Positions 49,301 to 62,507 of a stretch of 64,000 nt of DNA are shown here, one piece after another (the first letter of the stretch is position 1; each line of letters begins with the position of its first letter). This stretch comes from a virus, in the IMG/VR virus record IMGVR_UViG_3300045988_152007, positions 60,475 through 124,474 of that record; one strand, given 5' to 3'. The notes beneath the pieces were generated by a model. That model worked only from the letters and a program-made list of their open reading frames with translations. It made no database searches and was not told the origin of the DNA. A program made the translations under genes and the position numbers.

Positions 49301-52300
49301 ATAATACAGCTTAGTCTTTTACTATAGAAGAACAAATTAAACGTTCTGAATAGGCTGTTGAGAGTTTTAAAAGTTAGTTAGAAGAAACAAAAAATAAAGC
49401 TGAATAGTTAAAATCAGTATTTGATAGTTATAGCTCTGTTAAATCTGCTTTAGATGAATGTACTGTTGGTACTAAAGAATGGCGTGCATAGTTAACTAAA
49501 GCTAATGAAGAAGCTCTTAATATTTTAAATACTTATCCTGAGCTAAAGAATATGGAAGGTGCTTGGGGCAAGAAAGATACTGGTGAAATTTGGATAGACC
49601 AAAGTGCTGTTGATAAATTATAGTCTATTTATGATAAATAGATTCTTCAATAGCAATATGCTTTAGCTAATGAACAAAGCAATTTAGAAGACTTAAATAT
49701 TGAAAAAGCTAAATAGGACTTAATAAGTAATCTTTAGGGTGTTCTTAATATTTAGAGTGGCAGTACAACTGGAGGATTAACAAAAAATGGACAATATACT
49801 TCAGTAATGCCAGGTATAGCAGATTTAATTTTAAATAATTAGGAAAATTTATAGAATAAAAGTTAGGAAGAACAAGTTAGTATTATTGAATAGGCATTAA
49901 AGAATAATGGATTTGAAACTCTCAATAACAGTACGACTTTAAATGATTATGCCTAGAAAATTGCAGATAAATTTAATACTGATGATGTTCAAGCTGCTAT
50001 ATCTAATGTCTCAAAAGTAATACAAGCAAATACTGATGCTACATTATAGGTTACGAAAGAAGCTTCAGTCCAATAGGCTCTTGGATTAGATACTATGTCT
50101 ACTGAAGATGCTAAAATAACTACTGCTTTGGTAGATGCTAATATTGAAGCTATAAAAAATAGTTTTTATAATGAGAATGGAACTATTAGTTGGGATGACG
50201 GAACTGGTAAGGACCGAGAAATAGGAACTCACGATGAAAATGCTGGTGGAGTTGGTAAAGGAGATCAAGCTTTACGTAATTTATGGGATGCTTATTTAGC
50301 AGCGATTAAAATAGATAAAAATGATAGTGAATATAAATTAGATTAGAAAAATTCTGTAATTGGTGAAGGTTAGAATAGATCATTCCAATTAGAAAATGGA
50401 AAAACTAAATCATTTTCAGAAGTTGCTACTGCGATAGCTACTATGTAGGCTATGGGAAAAGAACTTCAAACTACTTATGCTATGGCTCAAAAATTCTAGA
50501 CTGGTATGAGCAATCAAGGAACTGTAGGCCAAGGTATTTTAGAATTTTTTGGCAATGATGGTGATTTAAGTAATTTTACTCAAGATTAGCTTAAATAGTT
50601 AAAAAAAGATATAGAAAAAGGTTTTGAAGATGAAGATTTACAGAACTTAATTGGATAGAGTTTATTTGGCGAAGATTTTAATTTATTAAAACCTGAATAG
50701 CAAGAAACCGTAAAATCATATATGTCTAATATGATGAAAGAATTAGGCGTAACCAGCGGTAAAGAATTAGGTGAAGCCATAGTAGAAGAAGCATCTCACT
50801 AGATTACTAACATTGAGGATATAAATAATAATAAAGCATTTAAATATATATTAGGGCTTGAAGATGAAGATGATATATCAGAAGCAATTGATGAATTTGA
50901 AGGATATAGTGTTTCATTAAAATCTCGTATTTCTTAGATTGCAGAAGATATATTTAAAGTGGCAGGTAAAAATGGAGTCGCCGCGTTTACTGAAGCGATT
51001 AATACCATAGGAAAAGATTTAACTTTTGATTAGTTAAATAAAATAGCTGATTTTGATTGGTCTTCTGGAACTTGGGAAGAATTTATTGATACCCTAGAAG
51101 ATTTAGGTATTGTTGTGTCAGATGATGAAGGAGCTTGGAAAGGCTTCTATGATATGATGCAAGAAACTGCTAATAAATTGCCTATAGAAGATTTTACTAC
51201 TTTTAGAGATTTGTTAATTGAAATTTTTAACTTGATGGGCCAAGAAGTCGGTAGTTCTATCACTCAAGAAAAATATGATAAGATCACTGAAGGTTTTAAA
51301 GCTGCTGGATTAAATCCTGAAGATTATTATGTTTAGACTGGTCTGGATACCTATGTAAAAGTTAAAGATTTTGATACTGCTGCTAAGAATGCATTAATTC
51401 AGGCTGGAGTAGATAGAGCTGAAGAATAGCATAACGTTGCAGAGGCTCATCAAGAAGCTTGGGGATCCGGTATAAAACAAGGTGGATATATTTTTAATGG
51501 ACAAGAATATACTCAATTAGAGGCAATGCAAAAAGGTTTAACTGATGATTCTGGGGGATCCTTATTACAATAGGCTTTAGATATTTTTGGCAGTCCTGAA
51601 GAAATAGCAAAATTAGTTGGCACCGATGAAAGTGGTAATTATGATTTAGACTTCTATAAACGTTAGGATTCAGCTACTTAGGCTGCTATTATGCAAGGAA
51701 TAATAGATGCTTATATGGCTAATATTGATGGATCATATAATGCTGATTTATTAAGAACTAATGCTTATACTGATGCTAATTCAGTAAAAGAAATGAATCA
51801 AATGACAGGTTTTAATTTAGGTGATGAGGCTAGCTAGCAAGGTTTAGTAAGTTGGGCTGCTAAAAATCAAGATATTGAAGGTAATACTGAAGCTTTAAAT
51901 TAGTATAATTATGAAATGGAGTAGGCTGGAGATAATGCTAATGCCGCCCAAAAAGCTATTAATAATTTATATAATGCTTTACGTAATAATGAAATAAAAG
52001 AAGCTACCAAAGAAATTAGTGAATTAAAAACAAAATATAAAGAGCTGCGTGATGAAGGTGAAGATACTGCTGAAGTAGAAGCTGATTTAAAACAAAAAGT
52101 AAAAGATTTATTTAATTTTTCTGAATCAGATTATTAGATGAATCAACCATTAATAGAAAAATTTTTATGGGGTAATGATGATGAAGCAGCTTTAGCTGGT
52201 CAAGTCTTAGATATGTTTTCTCAAGTAGATAGTGCTTTAATCGAAAAAATAAATGAATCTGCGGGAAAATTAGATTTTTCAACATTATATACTGAAGCTC

Positions 52301-55300
52301 AATCTAAATTAACTGAAATAACTAATCTTTTATCTTAGAACGATGGATTTGTAGTTAATGGTAAAATTACAGCAGATGCTTCTTAGGCTTTAGCTGCCAT
52401 AACTCCTATCAGTGGTTCTTTAGAAGAAATGTGCGGATGGATTAATGCTATGGGCCAAGTAGGCATTCATTTCACTACTGATTAGCTATAGCAATTATTA
52501 GAATGTTTTGCTCAAATGGCTGATATTATGGGCGGTAAAGACATTAGTGATCTTACATCTGATGACGCTGCCAAGTTAAGAGATTTAAAAAGTCAAATAG
52601 GTGATATAGTTTCTGTTGCTTCTGAAGGTTCTGTTGTTACTCAAGGTGATGGCAGCAAATATTTAACCACTGAAAACGGGAATAAAGGTGGTGGCGGAGG
52701 CGGTGGAGGTAAATCTACTAAATCTGCTAATGATATTGGTAAAGAAATTCAAGATGAAGTATTAAAAACAAAAGAAAAGAAACGTGATCGTCTTGAAGCT
52801 TTACGTGAGGGAGCTAATCCAGAAGATTCTGCTAAATATATCCAAGAAGAAATAAAATTATTAAAAGAAGAGCAAGATATTCTTGAAGATTAGATTAAAT
52901 CTTGGAAAAAGTTATTAAAACTTAAAGTAGAAGAATTTAACAAAGAAAATCCAGAATTTGAAATAAAGCTTACTGATGATGGTGAAATTGCTAATGCTTC
53001 TGAGCTATGGGGTAAAGTTTGGGCTTAGTATCAAAAAAATCTTGAAGATGGCATGAGTGAAGAAGACCTGAATGAATGGTTTACTAAAATCAAAGATAGT
53101 CTTGATGGTCCTATGGGTATCCAATAGAACATTGATGAAAATGTCGCTCTTATCGCTCAGAAAGAAAAAGAAGCTGCTGAACTTGAACTCGAAGCCATTA
53201 CAAAAGCTATTGATTGGAAAGTTAAATAGATTGATTATTAGATTAAACGTCTTAATTATTATCAAGAAAAACTTCTTAAATAGGCCCATGGTAATAAACA
53301 AACTATTGAAGCAATGCTTGAAGGATTTGCTTACCAAGAGCAAGAAATGTTATAGCTCTTTGATAAAGGTGCTACATTACGTTAGGGTATTGATTAGTTG
53401 AACGCCGCGAAAGCTAAGTATCCAGGTTATGAACAAATGTTTGATGAATAGATACTTGAATATCAAAGTGATTTAATTGATGTTAATGAAGCTATTCTAG
53501 ATTTACGTAATGATATTGAAGATTTGGTTTAGAATGTTCTAGACTTGGCACTTGATGAAATTGATAAGTAGATAGAACGTCTTGATACTTATACATCGAT
53601 GCTTGACCATCTTAATAATATTATTGATTTATCTGGTCGCTCAATGCTTGATATGGGATTAAAAACTTAGATTGGTGCTACTAAGGTAGAAACAATGTTA
53701 GGTAAAATGAAATCCTTAAAAGCACAAATGGATGGTTTGGCTAAAGCAACTAAAGAGGCTTAGGCCGCTCTCGCTGATCGTCAGGCTGATGGTGATACAT
53801 CTTCTGTTAAATTCTGGGAGAATCAAGTTGAAGTATTAAAACAAGAAACTGAAAAAGCTTCTGATGAATTTTTAGCTTCTTGGGAAGAAACACTTGAAGC
53901 TGCTCAAGATTTATTTGAAATGCGTGTTGAAATGGCCGTTAATGTATTAAGTAATGCATTATCACCATTTGAAACTCTTGAAGATTTCCAAGACAAATAC
54001 GAAAAAGCAAAAACTATCAATGAAGAATATCTTGATGATGCCGAACGCTTATATGAATTAAATAAATTAAATCGTTAGCTAAATTTATAGCTGGCTGATA
54101 CTAATGACCTTTTAGCTAAACAAAAACTTAGAGACATTTAGCAAGAGATTCACGATCTTCAGGCCGATGGCGTCTAGATGAGCCAATATGATCTTGAGTA
54201 TTTGTAGAAGAAATATGACTTACAACTTGCTGAAATAGCTCTTATGGAGCAACAAAATTCCAAAACTTCAATGCGTTTAGTGCGTGATGCCGCTGGTAAC
54301 TGGACTTATGCTTATGATGCAGATGAAGAAAAAATTGAAGACGCCACATAGAAATATGAAGATGCGGTTCATGAATTAGGTAAGTTAAGTAAGGATTATA
54401 TTAATGACGTAAGTGAATAGTTAATTTAGAATCAAATTGATTTTAAAGAAGCCCTACAAGATCTTGATAAAAACTCTGCGGATTATTCAAATTAGCTATT
54501 ATCATTGCAAGAGTATTATGTTGAAAGACAAAGATATTTACTTGATGAATTAAATAAAGGTGTTGTAAATAGTGGATTAACATTCCATGATACTCTCTAC
54601 GGCCAAATGACTGATTTGTATGATTATAATGATGCTTATATGTTATTTGTTAATAATTCTAATACTACAATTAGTGAATTACAAACCAATTATAAAGATT
54701 GGCAAAAAGTTGTTGAAGCAGCAATGAACGTTGCTGGTACATCTTGGGAAAACTTTGGTTCTGATATGGGCGGTACTCTTGATAGTCTTGAAGAACATAT
54801 TCAAAAATTGTGTGATGAAATTGAAGAGCTTGTTAATGTATTAATGGGTTATATTTCTTAGTCTATTGGAATGGTTCTTGATTGGGAATAGAAATATTCT
54901 AAGCGGACTGATGAAGAGTTAGCTAAGAATGAATAGTATATTGATGGTAACTTTGGCAGTAGCGGCGGCGGAAGTGGTGCTAGAAATTTAGTTGGTGTTG
55001 ATTTAAGTGCTATTGCTATTCGTATGAAGAATGGGGAAAGTACTGTTGTTGATAAAAATGGTAACGTTTGGACGAGTATTGATGATGTAGTTACAGCCCG
55101 TAATGAAAAATTAGATAATATGCGTAATGAGGGTCAAGAATTAAAGAATGATTCTAGCACTGATTATTGGACTAAAGACGAAATGAAATAGATTACTAGC
55201 GAAAAAGATGAAAAATGGTTAGATGATATTTTAAACGGAAATGGTGCTGCTTCTGGTGCTTATACTGGTAATTGGGCTAAAGGACAAGGCTTTGGACTTG

Positions 55301-55629
55301 ATAATGGTAAAATTATTAAAGTCCATCCTAAAGAATTAATTCTTAACCAAAAAGATACTTCTAATATACTTCGTGCAGTTGATATTGTTCGTAATATGAA
55401 TGATTGGGTTGATAAACAAGTGCAATCAATGATTAATTTTGGATAGATAAAGTTGGGTAATTTAATTGATAAAACTACTCCACCTGTTTATGAAACTTAG
55501 CCAATTAAGCAAGAAGTTACTATCCAAGCAGACTTCCCAGGAGTTACTGATCATTATGAAATTGAAGAAGCATTGTCTAATCTTAGTAATAATGCGGCTC
55601 AATATATAAGTGCAAATAAATCTAAATGA
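46327..55629 (+). CDS. tail tape measure protein (about 3100 aa), TAG-recoded
   Basis: The N-terminal region matches the TP901-type TMP domain (MTKLGAYTASSTDEISEGI.KFASVANTIGLSYEYATSALATLTAKTRESANTVGNSLKTLFARI). Six ORF-track fragments are in the same frame. I verified 46327-50100 codon by codon: dozens of TAG and no TAA/TGA. TGA at 55627-55629. Confidence 0.6.
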
Positions 55630-55656
55630 GGAGGATTAATTTCCTCCTCATTTTTG
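55628..55656 (+). terminator. terminator after the tape measure gene
   Basis: gaggaggattaatttcctcctc, followed by attttt. Confidence 0.45.
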
Positions 55657-55675
55657 AGGAGAGAAAGGAGTTAAT

Positions 55676-58600
55676 ATGGCTTATAATAGAAAAGAAGAAT
55701 ATTTAGCTACTATAAAAAAGCCAAAAGAAATAACAGATACCTTATTAGAGACTATAGATTATATAGCACGGGCACGTGATGCTGAATTATCATTTGATAA
55801 AACTATAATTGCTGAAGTTATAAGTCTAAACGACGCCAGTACTGGAGAGTATTTTGTTGAATATCAAAAAGGCAAATTCCGTGCTTATGCCCCAGCTACA
55901 TTAACTTATGTATATTCTAAAGGAACTAATGTATATGTAAAAGTACCAGGCGGTGATTTTACTTAGAAAAAAACTATTGAAGGCAAAGCATCTGCTACTT
56001 CTTATACAGAAGAAGAATATAGCGATTTATCTTAGCAAGTAGTTGAAATAAGTGAAATATATAGCAATGGTAATGAATATGGTATCTTAGCTTATGCCCC
56101 AGAACCTAAAAAGGAAGAAGAAGAAACTCCAAAAGATGATAAAGATAATTCATCAAATGATACAAAAGAAGGTACTGCAACTGATACTTAGGCTGAAGAT
56201 AGTAAAGAACCGATAGAAGAGGAAGAAGATAAAAGTAAATATTATGAATAGGTAATTTATGAAAATGATAATCTCACTGAAGATGTAATTTTTACCAGTT
56301 TATTAACTACTTATCCTCGTATTATGATTTAGGCCGATTTTAGAACATAGTTTTATGGAACAATGATGGCTGGTAATTATGGATTAAAAATTGATTTTGT
56401 AGAAAAAGATACAGGTATTGTTTTTAGTCGTAGATTAGATATTATAAATTTCTCTGGTAGTATTTACGATTATGAAGTATTTTCACCATAGTATGTAATT
56501 TATGATTTAACTGGAATTAATTTAATTGGCATAAAAAAAATTACATTTTTTCAAGAAAGATTTTTAAGATATGATACTGTTTTTAACGGTAAAGGTGAGA
56601 TAACTGCGGTTTATAATAAAGAACCTAATCTTTTTGTCAAAAATATAAAACTTAGTTTTGTTGATGTCCAAGATTCTACTAAAGATTTATATTATGTAGG
56701 TATTAGCGCGCCATAGGGTTTATCATTAATTCAAGATACCGATAAAATAAAATTAATAGGCGTTTTTTATTATGCTAATAAAAATATATTAGAAGAAAAA
56801 ACTTGCAAATGTTATTGGTATAAATAGAATCCGGCAGTTCTATCTGGTAGTGAAAAATATGATTAGATAGGCGGCCCTGGGTGGGAATGTATTAATGATA
56901 GTTCTAATGTAAGATTTAATGAACTAACTATTTCGGGCAAAGATGTATATCAATAGATGCGATATAAATTAGTGGTAGTATATAATTCTAATGTTACTTT
57001 ATATAAAGATGTTAGAGTAGTTAAATATTATAATGAACGATTTACTATAATTCCGCAATTTATTAGTGAAAATGAAGTTAAATTATCTATTGTAGATTCA
57101 TTAGAAACTATTAATGAAGCTGATTGGTATGTTGATTTGATGGATGGATCATATTTACCTTTATCTACTGGAGTTAGTTAGATTGATGTAAGTTAGTTTT
57201 TAGAATATGGTAATGTAATATTTTATAGTGTTAGTAAATTAGATACTGGTGATTATGTACCTTGCGAATATAAATTAATTACTTATAAACAAGAATCGCC
57301 CGTGCGAGTAGTATTTAGTGGAACAGATACTTTTTAGTATGATGTTAATGGTAGTATTTCTTTAGATTAGGCTAATAAAGAAATAATTATTACTCCAACT
57401 ATTAGCGTAGATAAGGAAAATATAGGAGTTAAAAGTGTTACTTGGTATTCACCTGATGGAGGAGAACTTTTAGAATATCCTACTACTAAAATTACTAATT
57501 CAATGCTTTCAAAGCTTTGGATAGATAAAACTAATAATGCTTTACATTATTATATTAAACCTAAATATGTAGATACTTATACTAATAATACCTTATCATT
57601 AAAAGTAATAACATTAGCTGATAAAGAATTTAAGTTTAATAAAAGTATTGTTTTTATTAAACCAGGTGACTCAACAGTTAGTGGTTTAGATTATCAATTA
57701 ATTATTAAAGATTGTAATGTTGATGGCAGTGAACTCGATACTAAACCTATTAATAAAAAAAGTGGGTCTGGTTATGAACCGATTTATCTTATGCCAGAAG
57801 TAAGATATAATGGTAATAAAATAATAAATGGTTCTGCTTATTAGGATGCTGTTGGTAATGTCACAGATAAATATAAAATAACTGTTGAAGCAGATCCTAT
57901 CAATTTAGATTGTGAAAAAGTAAATAAAGAAAAAAATGTATTTAAAATTTCAAATCCAGTTGAAGATTGTAAGGGTTAGTATTTTATAAAATTTAAAGTA
58001 ACTATAGGGTTAGAGAATAAAGCTATTACAAATTAGACTTTATATTATTACAAGCCTATAATGGTTAGTACTAATTTTGTAGTTAATAGCATTGGTAATA
58101 TTAATATACCTTCTAAAATTACTTATAATGAAAAGGGAACTCCTTCTTTAATAAATAAATAGATTTCTTTTATGTATAAATATGATGGTAAAAAATTTAT
58201 TGATTTATTATAGGTTACTAATCCAGTGTCTCTTACTGATTATATAATTATAGTTAATTCTACTAATTCTGATAATGTAAAATAGCAATACCTTAGACCA
58301 CAAGAAAATTATCCAGGTGCTTATTTTGCTAAATCCACTGACCAAGTAAAAACAGTTCCTATGGGTGCATTATAGATTTTTTTGCCAGATAATAAAGGTA
58401 GTTTATTTTATCCAATAGTAATGCTTAATAATAAAGATATTACTATTATAACAGATGAAGATAATGATGGTACTAATATACCCGTACTTGATGAAGATAA
58501 TGTAGAATCTGAAAAGCCTCTTGATCCAGGGTTTTCTCATGGTAGGCCTTGGGCGCGAGATGAAGGTAAAACTTATGTAGGTTCTTTGTGGGAAAATAAA

Positions 58601-58972
58601 CGTAGAAAATATACCTTGCCTATCGAAGATCCAGGAAAAGATTTAGAAATTTAGACATTAAGTTTAGAAGCTGAAGAAGAACCAGCGGAAGAATTAGATA
58701 GTTCAGGGTTTGTTTCAGGATTATATCAATATGATATAGATGGTATTCCTACCAATATTTTGCGTTCTGATGGAGTTGTAAAATTAGCAGGAGATGCTTT
58801 ATGTTTTAATGTTGATGGTTCTATTTAGTTAAAAGAAGAAAGTGTGACTAATATTTTAACAGTAGCTAAATTGCTAAATGAGATAGCTACAAATGCTGAT
58901 TTAAAACAATAGTTATCTGATTATATTGCTCCTAAAAATATAAAATTACGTGATTGGTATATTGAAGAATGA
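55676..58972 (+). CDS. large tail protein (distal tail / tail-associated), TAG-recoded
   Basis: Four fragments in frame. 1098 codons. TGA at 58970-58972. Followed by a terminator. Confidence 0.45.
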
Positions 58973-59003
58973 TGGATTTTTATCCATCATTCTTTTTTTT
59001 TAT
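58967..59003 (+). terminator. terminator after the 55676..58972 tail gene
   Basis: gaatgatggatttttatccatcattc, followed by ttttttttt. Confidence 0.55.
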
Positions 59004-59078
59004 TTGGACCAAAATAGTATGTTTACAATATATAATTTTTAAAAATAAATAGAAATAAGAGTTAAAGGAGGTCAATAA

Positions 59079-62000
59079 ATGGCAGCGTCCACAATAAATA
59101 TAAATAGAGTATATCCGCCTATTGTAGATAGTTCAATACCAGCATTTTTAGCAACTGCGGCCTCTATTAATATAAATTTTTCTTTACCTAAATCATTAAA
59201 TTATGAGGATGTAAAGAATATCTCAATTAAATTTGTATAGCAATCCAATAATAAAAGTATAATTAATACTGATAAATATTGGGATGGTATTATTTATATG
59301 GAAAAGCCAACTACCTCTACTGATAATGAAATATATACAGTTACTGTAAATAGTTCAGATATTAAATTAGGAGATACAATAGGTTGGGTTTCTAATACTT
59401 ATTATAAAATTTAGATACGTTTTGGCTATGGGAAAATAGATTATACAGATAAAATTTCATTTTTTAAATGGAAAAAATCTTAGACTGTAGCTGAAGCTTT
59501 TTCAGAATGGTCCAATATTATAATTACTAAAGCAATTGATGATCCAATTGTAGAAATATTAAATAATAAAGATACTTCTTCATTAGATGTAGGATTTATT
59601 TTAATATCAAGTAATAATATAGAAGTTAGCCGTTTCCCTAAATTTGAGGGAGGATATCAAAGCGATACTGAACCATTGGATAAATATCGTTTTAGATTAT
59701 ATGAAGGCAGTTTTAATTCAAAGAATCCTCCAAGTTCTGAGCCATATTTATAGAGTGATTGGCTATAGTATAATGGTGGAGGGAAAGATAAATATAGTGC
59801 TTTAGTCTCTTATAGTTTTAATAGACAATTAGATTAGACTGGAATAAAAATGTATTCATTGATTTTTGATGTTATTACAATGAATAATTATCAAAAATCT
59901 TCTGAATATTATAATTTTACTATTACTGAAAATTATTTAAAATAGTTATAGACTTTAGTATTTACAGTAAAAGATAATACTGAATCTACCATATTATTAA
60001 ATAAAATAGCCGGAGCAAATCAAGTTGCTTTTTAGATGTATAAGGAATATTTTGGATTAAAAGGATAGGCTCCTAAATTTATTAAAGGTTATTATGATGA
60101 TGCAGATGGGTATAATGCGGGAGATATAATTTATCAAACTGGTAATATTAATGAAGATAATATAGAAACTCATGTATTAAGTAAAATTACTAGAATAAAA
60201 GCAATTGAAGATTTTAGTCATAATTTGCGAGCTGATGAAAATGGCAGCTTAGAAATTTATATTAAAAATAATCCTTATGAAGTAAAAGAAAAAATAACTA
60301 TTACTACTATTACTGGTGAAAAAGTAGAACGTGAAATAGATGTAGAAAAATATCAATCTCTTGATGGTACTTTTATTTTATCAAGAGCTTGTGAAACTGA
60401 TAATTATACTCAATGGAAAGATATAGCTCAATTTGATTGGTATAATGAAACTAATTATGATGATAAGTTAACTTTATTATATGAAGATTTTACTGTTGAA
60501 AGTGGAGTTAAATATAAATATGCTTTATAGAAATAGAATGCTGTAGGATTAAGAAGTGCCCCTAAATATGAAAGTGATGATATTGATTCATCACCAGCGC
60601 ATTGGTCTAATTTTTAGTATAGTTATATTTATAATAATGGTATTCAAGTTCGTTTAGATTTTGATTGCAAAATGAATAGTTATAAGCATACTACTTTATT
60701 CCAAAAGCAAGATAGCTTGAATTCTAAATATCCGATTATTTTGCGTAATGGATTGGCACATTATGCAGAATTTTAGTTAGGTGCAAAAATTTCTTTATTA
60801 AGTGATATTGATTCTTCTTTTTTAATGCGTAATGATGCTAAAGGTGGTTATTATCATAGTTGGTATGGAGATATAGTTATTTCAAAAGATAAATATATTA
60901 AAACTTTTGAACGTGATTTATAGAATCCATATAACAATGATTATAATATAAGACAATATAATATTCAAAATGCTTCTACATTTAATACTAATCCAACTAA
61001 TGATAATATATATATGGAACGTATATATAGACATTGGGTAGAAGAATTTTTAAATGATGGTGGTTATAAATTATTTAAGTCACCAACTGAAGGAAATCAT
61101 ATAGTTACTTTAACTAATGTTACTTGGACTCCTCAAGCTTCTTTATATCGTATGATTTATGATTTTAATTCAACAGCTTATGAAGTAGCTGATTGTACCC
61201 CAGAAAATATTATCTTATATTAGATAAATCCATTAACTACTTTGTCTAATAATTCTAAATTAGCAATTTAGAATGCTAGTACAAAAACTAAAACAGTTAT
61301 TGGGCAAGTAGCTCGAACATTTAATGGAAAATATGCACAGGAAATTACTAATAATAAATTATCTATAGTTGATAATAATAAATTTAATCTTACTTATGAT
61401 AACATTTGTAACGCAATAAAACTTCAAGAAGAACAAGAAATAAGTGAAGATAGAAAATATCGAGTAAGAAGAATAAAAGCGATTTGGGTAGAATAGTATC
61501 CTAAACTAAATCTTAAAAATAAAATAGAATATTTAAAAAATAAAACTAGTTCAACTATGATAGGTCAGTTAACTAATGCAGTTGAATTATTAAGATGTGA
61601 ATAGCTTTTATAGGAATATGAAAAAAATTAGACTAATATTATTACTATGATAATAAATGGTAAAGAAATTTCTATGATGCCCAGTCGTATTTATCATTTG
61701 GATGATGCCATTATTGATAGTATGTATTTAAAATTTACTCGCCCTATTTTAATTAATTATATAGTTGATTTAGAGGAAGAAGATTTCTTAGAAATGGTGA
61801 CTGTTATTAAGCGTGAATTTGCACAATGGGGATAGCTTGGTGGAGTATTTACTGATACTCAAGATATTCTTGATAATTATTAGTTCTTTAGAAATGATGA
61901 TACTTAGATAGTTAATGAAAAATATAATTATGGATTATATTCTACATTAAATTTAATGGATATAATAAAAGAAAAAGTACATACTTCTATTTTAAATAAT

Positions 62001-62507
62001 TATAGTGATGAAAAACTTGAATCTACTTTTGATTTATTGTATAATGATATAAATGAATTTTTAAATAGAGTTAAAGATGATACAGAGTCTATTGAAGAAT
62101 TATTAATAACTGGTACATAGTTATTAGAAAATTATAGACCTTTGTCTGGATTAACTTTAAATAAATAGACTGATGCTTGGATGAATGGTTCAGATCAATT
62201 AATTATATATAATTTTACTGGTATTGATAGTATCGAAATTGAAGCAGATGCTAATACAGATTTAGTTTTTTATAGAGAGTATGATCTTGATGCAACTACT
62301 GGTAATTATCATATTAGTTCTCCTGGCACTCATGTACGTATTGGACCTACTAATAAATTAATTTTAAATCCTTTGAAAGATGAGATTGTTAAAGTAGAAT
62401 TTGTTAGACCTACTTATGCAATAGTTAATTATAAATCTGTTTTATCTTTGGAAGTTAAAAAAGGTAAGCAGAAAGAAAAAGATGAATCATAGGAGAAAAC
62501 GGAATGA
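59079..62507 (+). CDS. large tail fibre/baseplate protein, TAG-recoded
   Basis: Four fragments in frame. 1142 codons. TGA stop overlaps the next ATG (ATGA). Confidence 0.45.
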
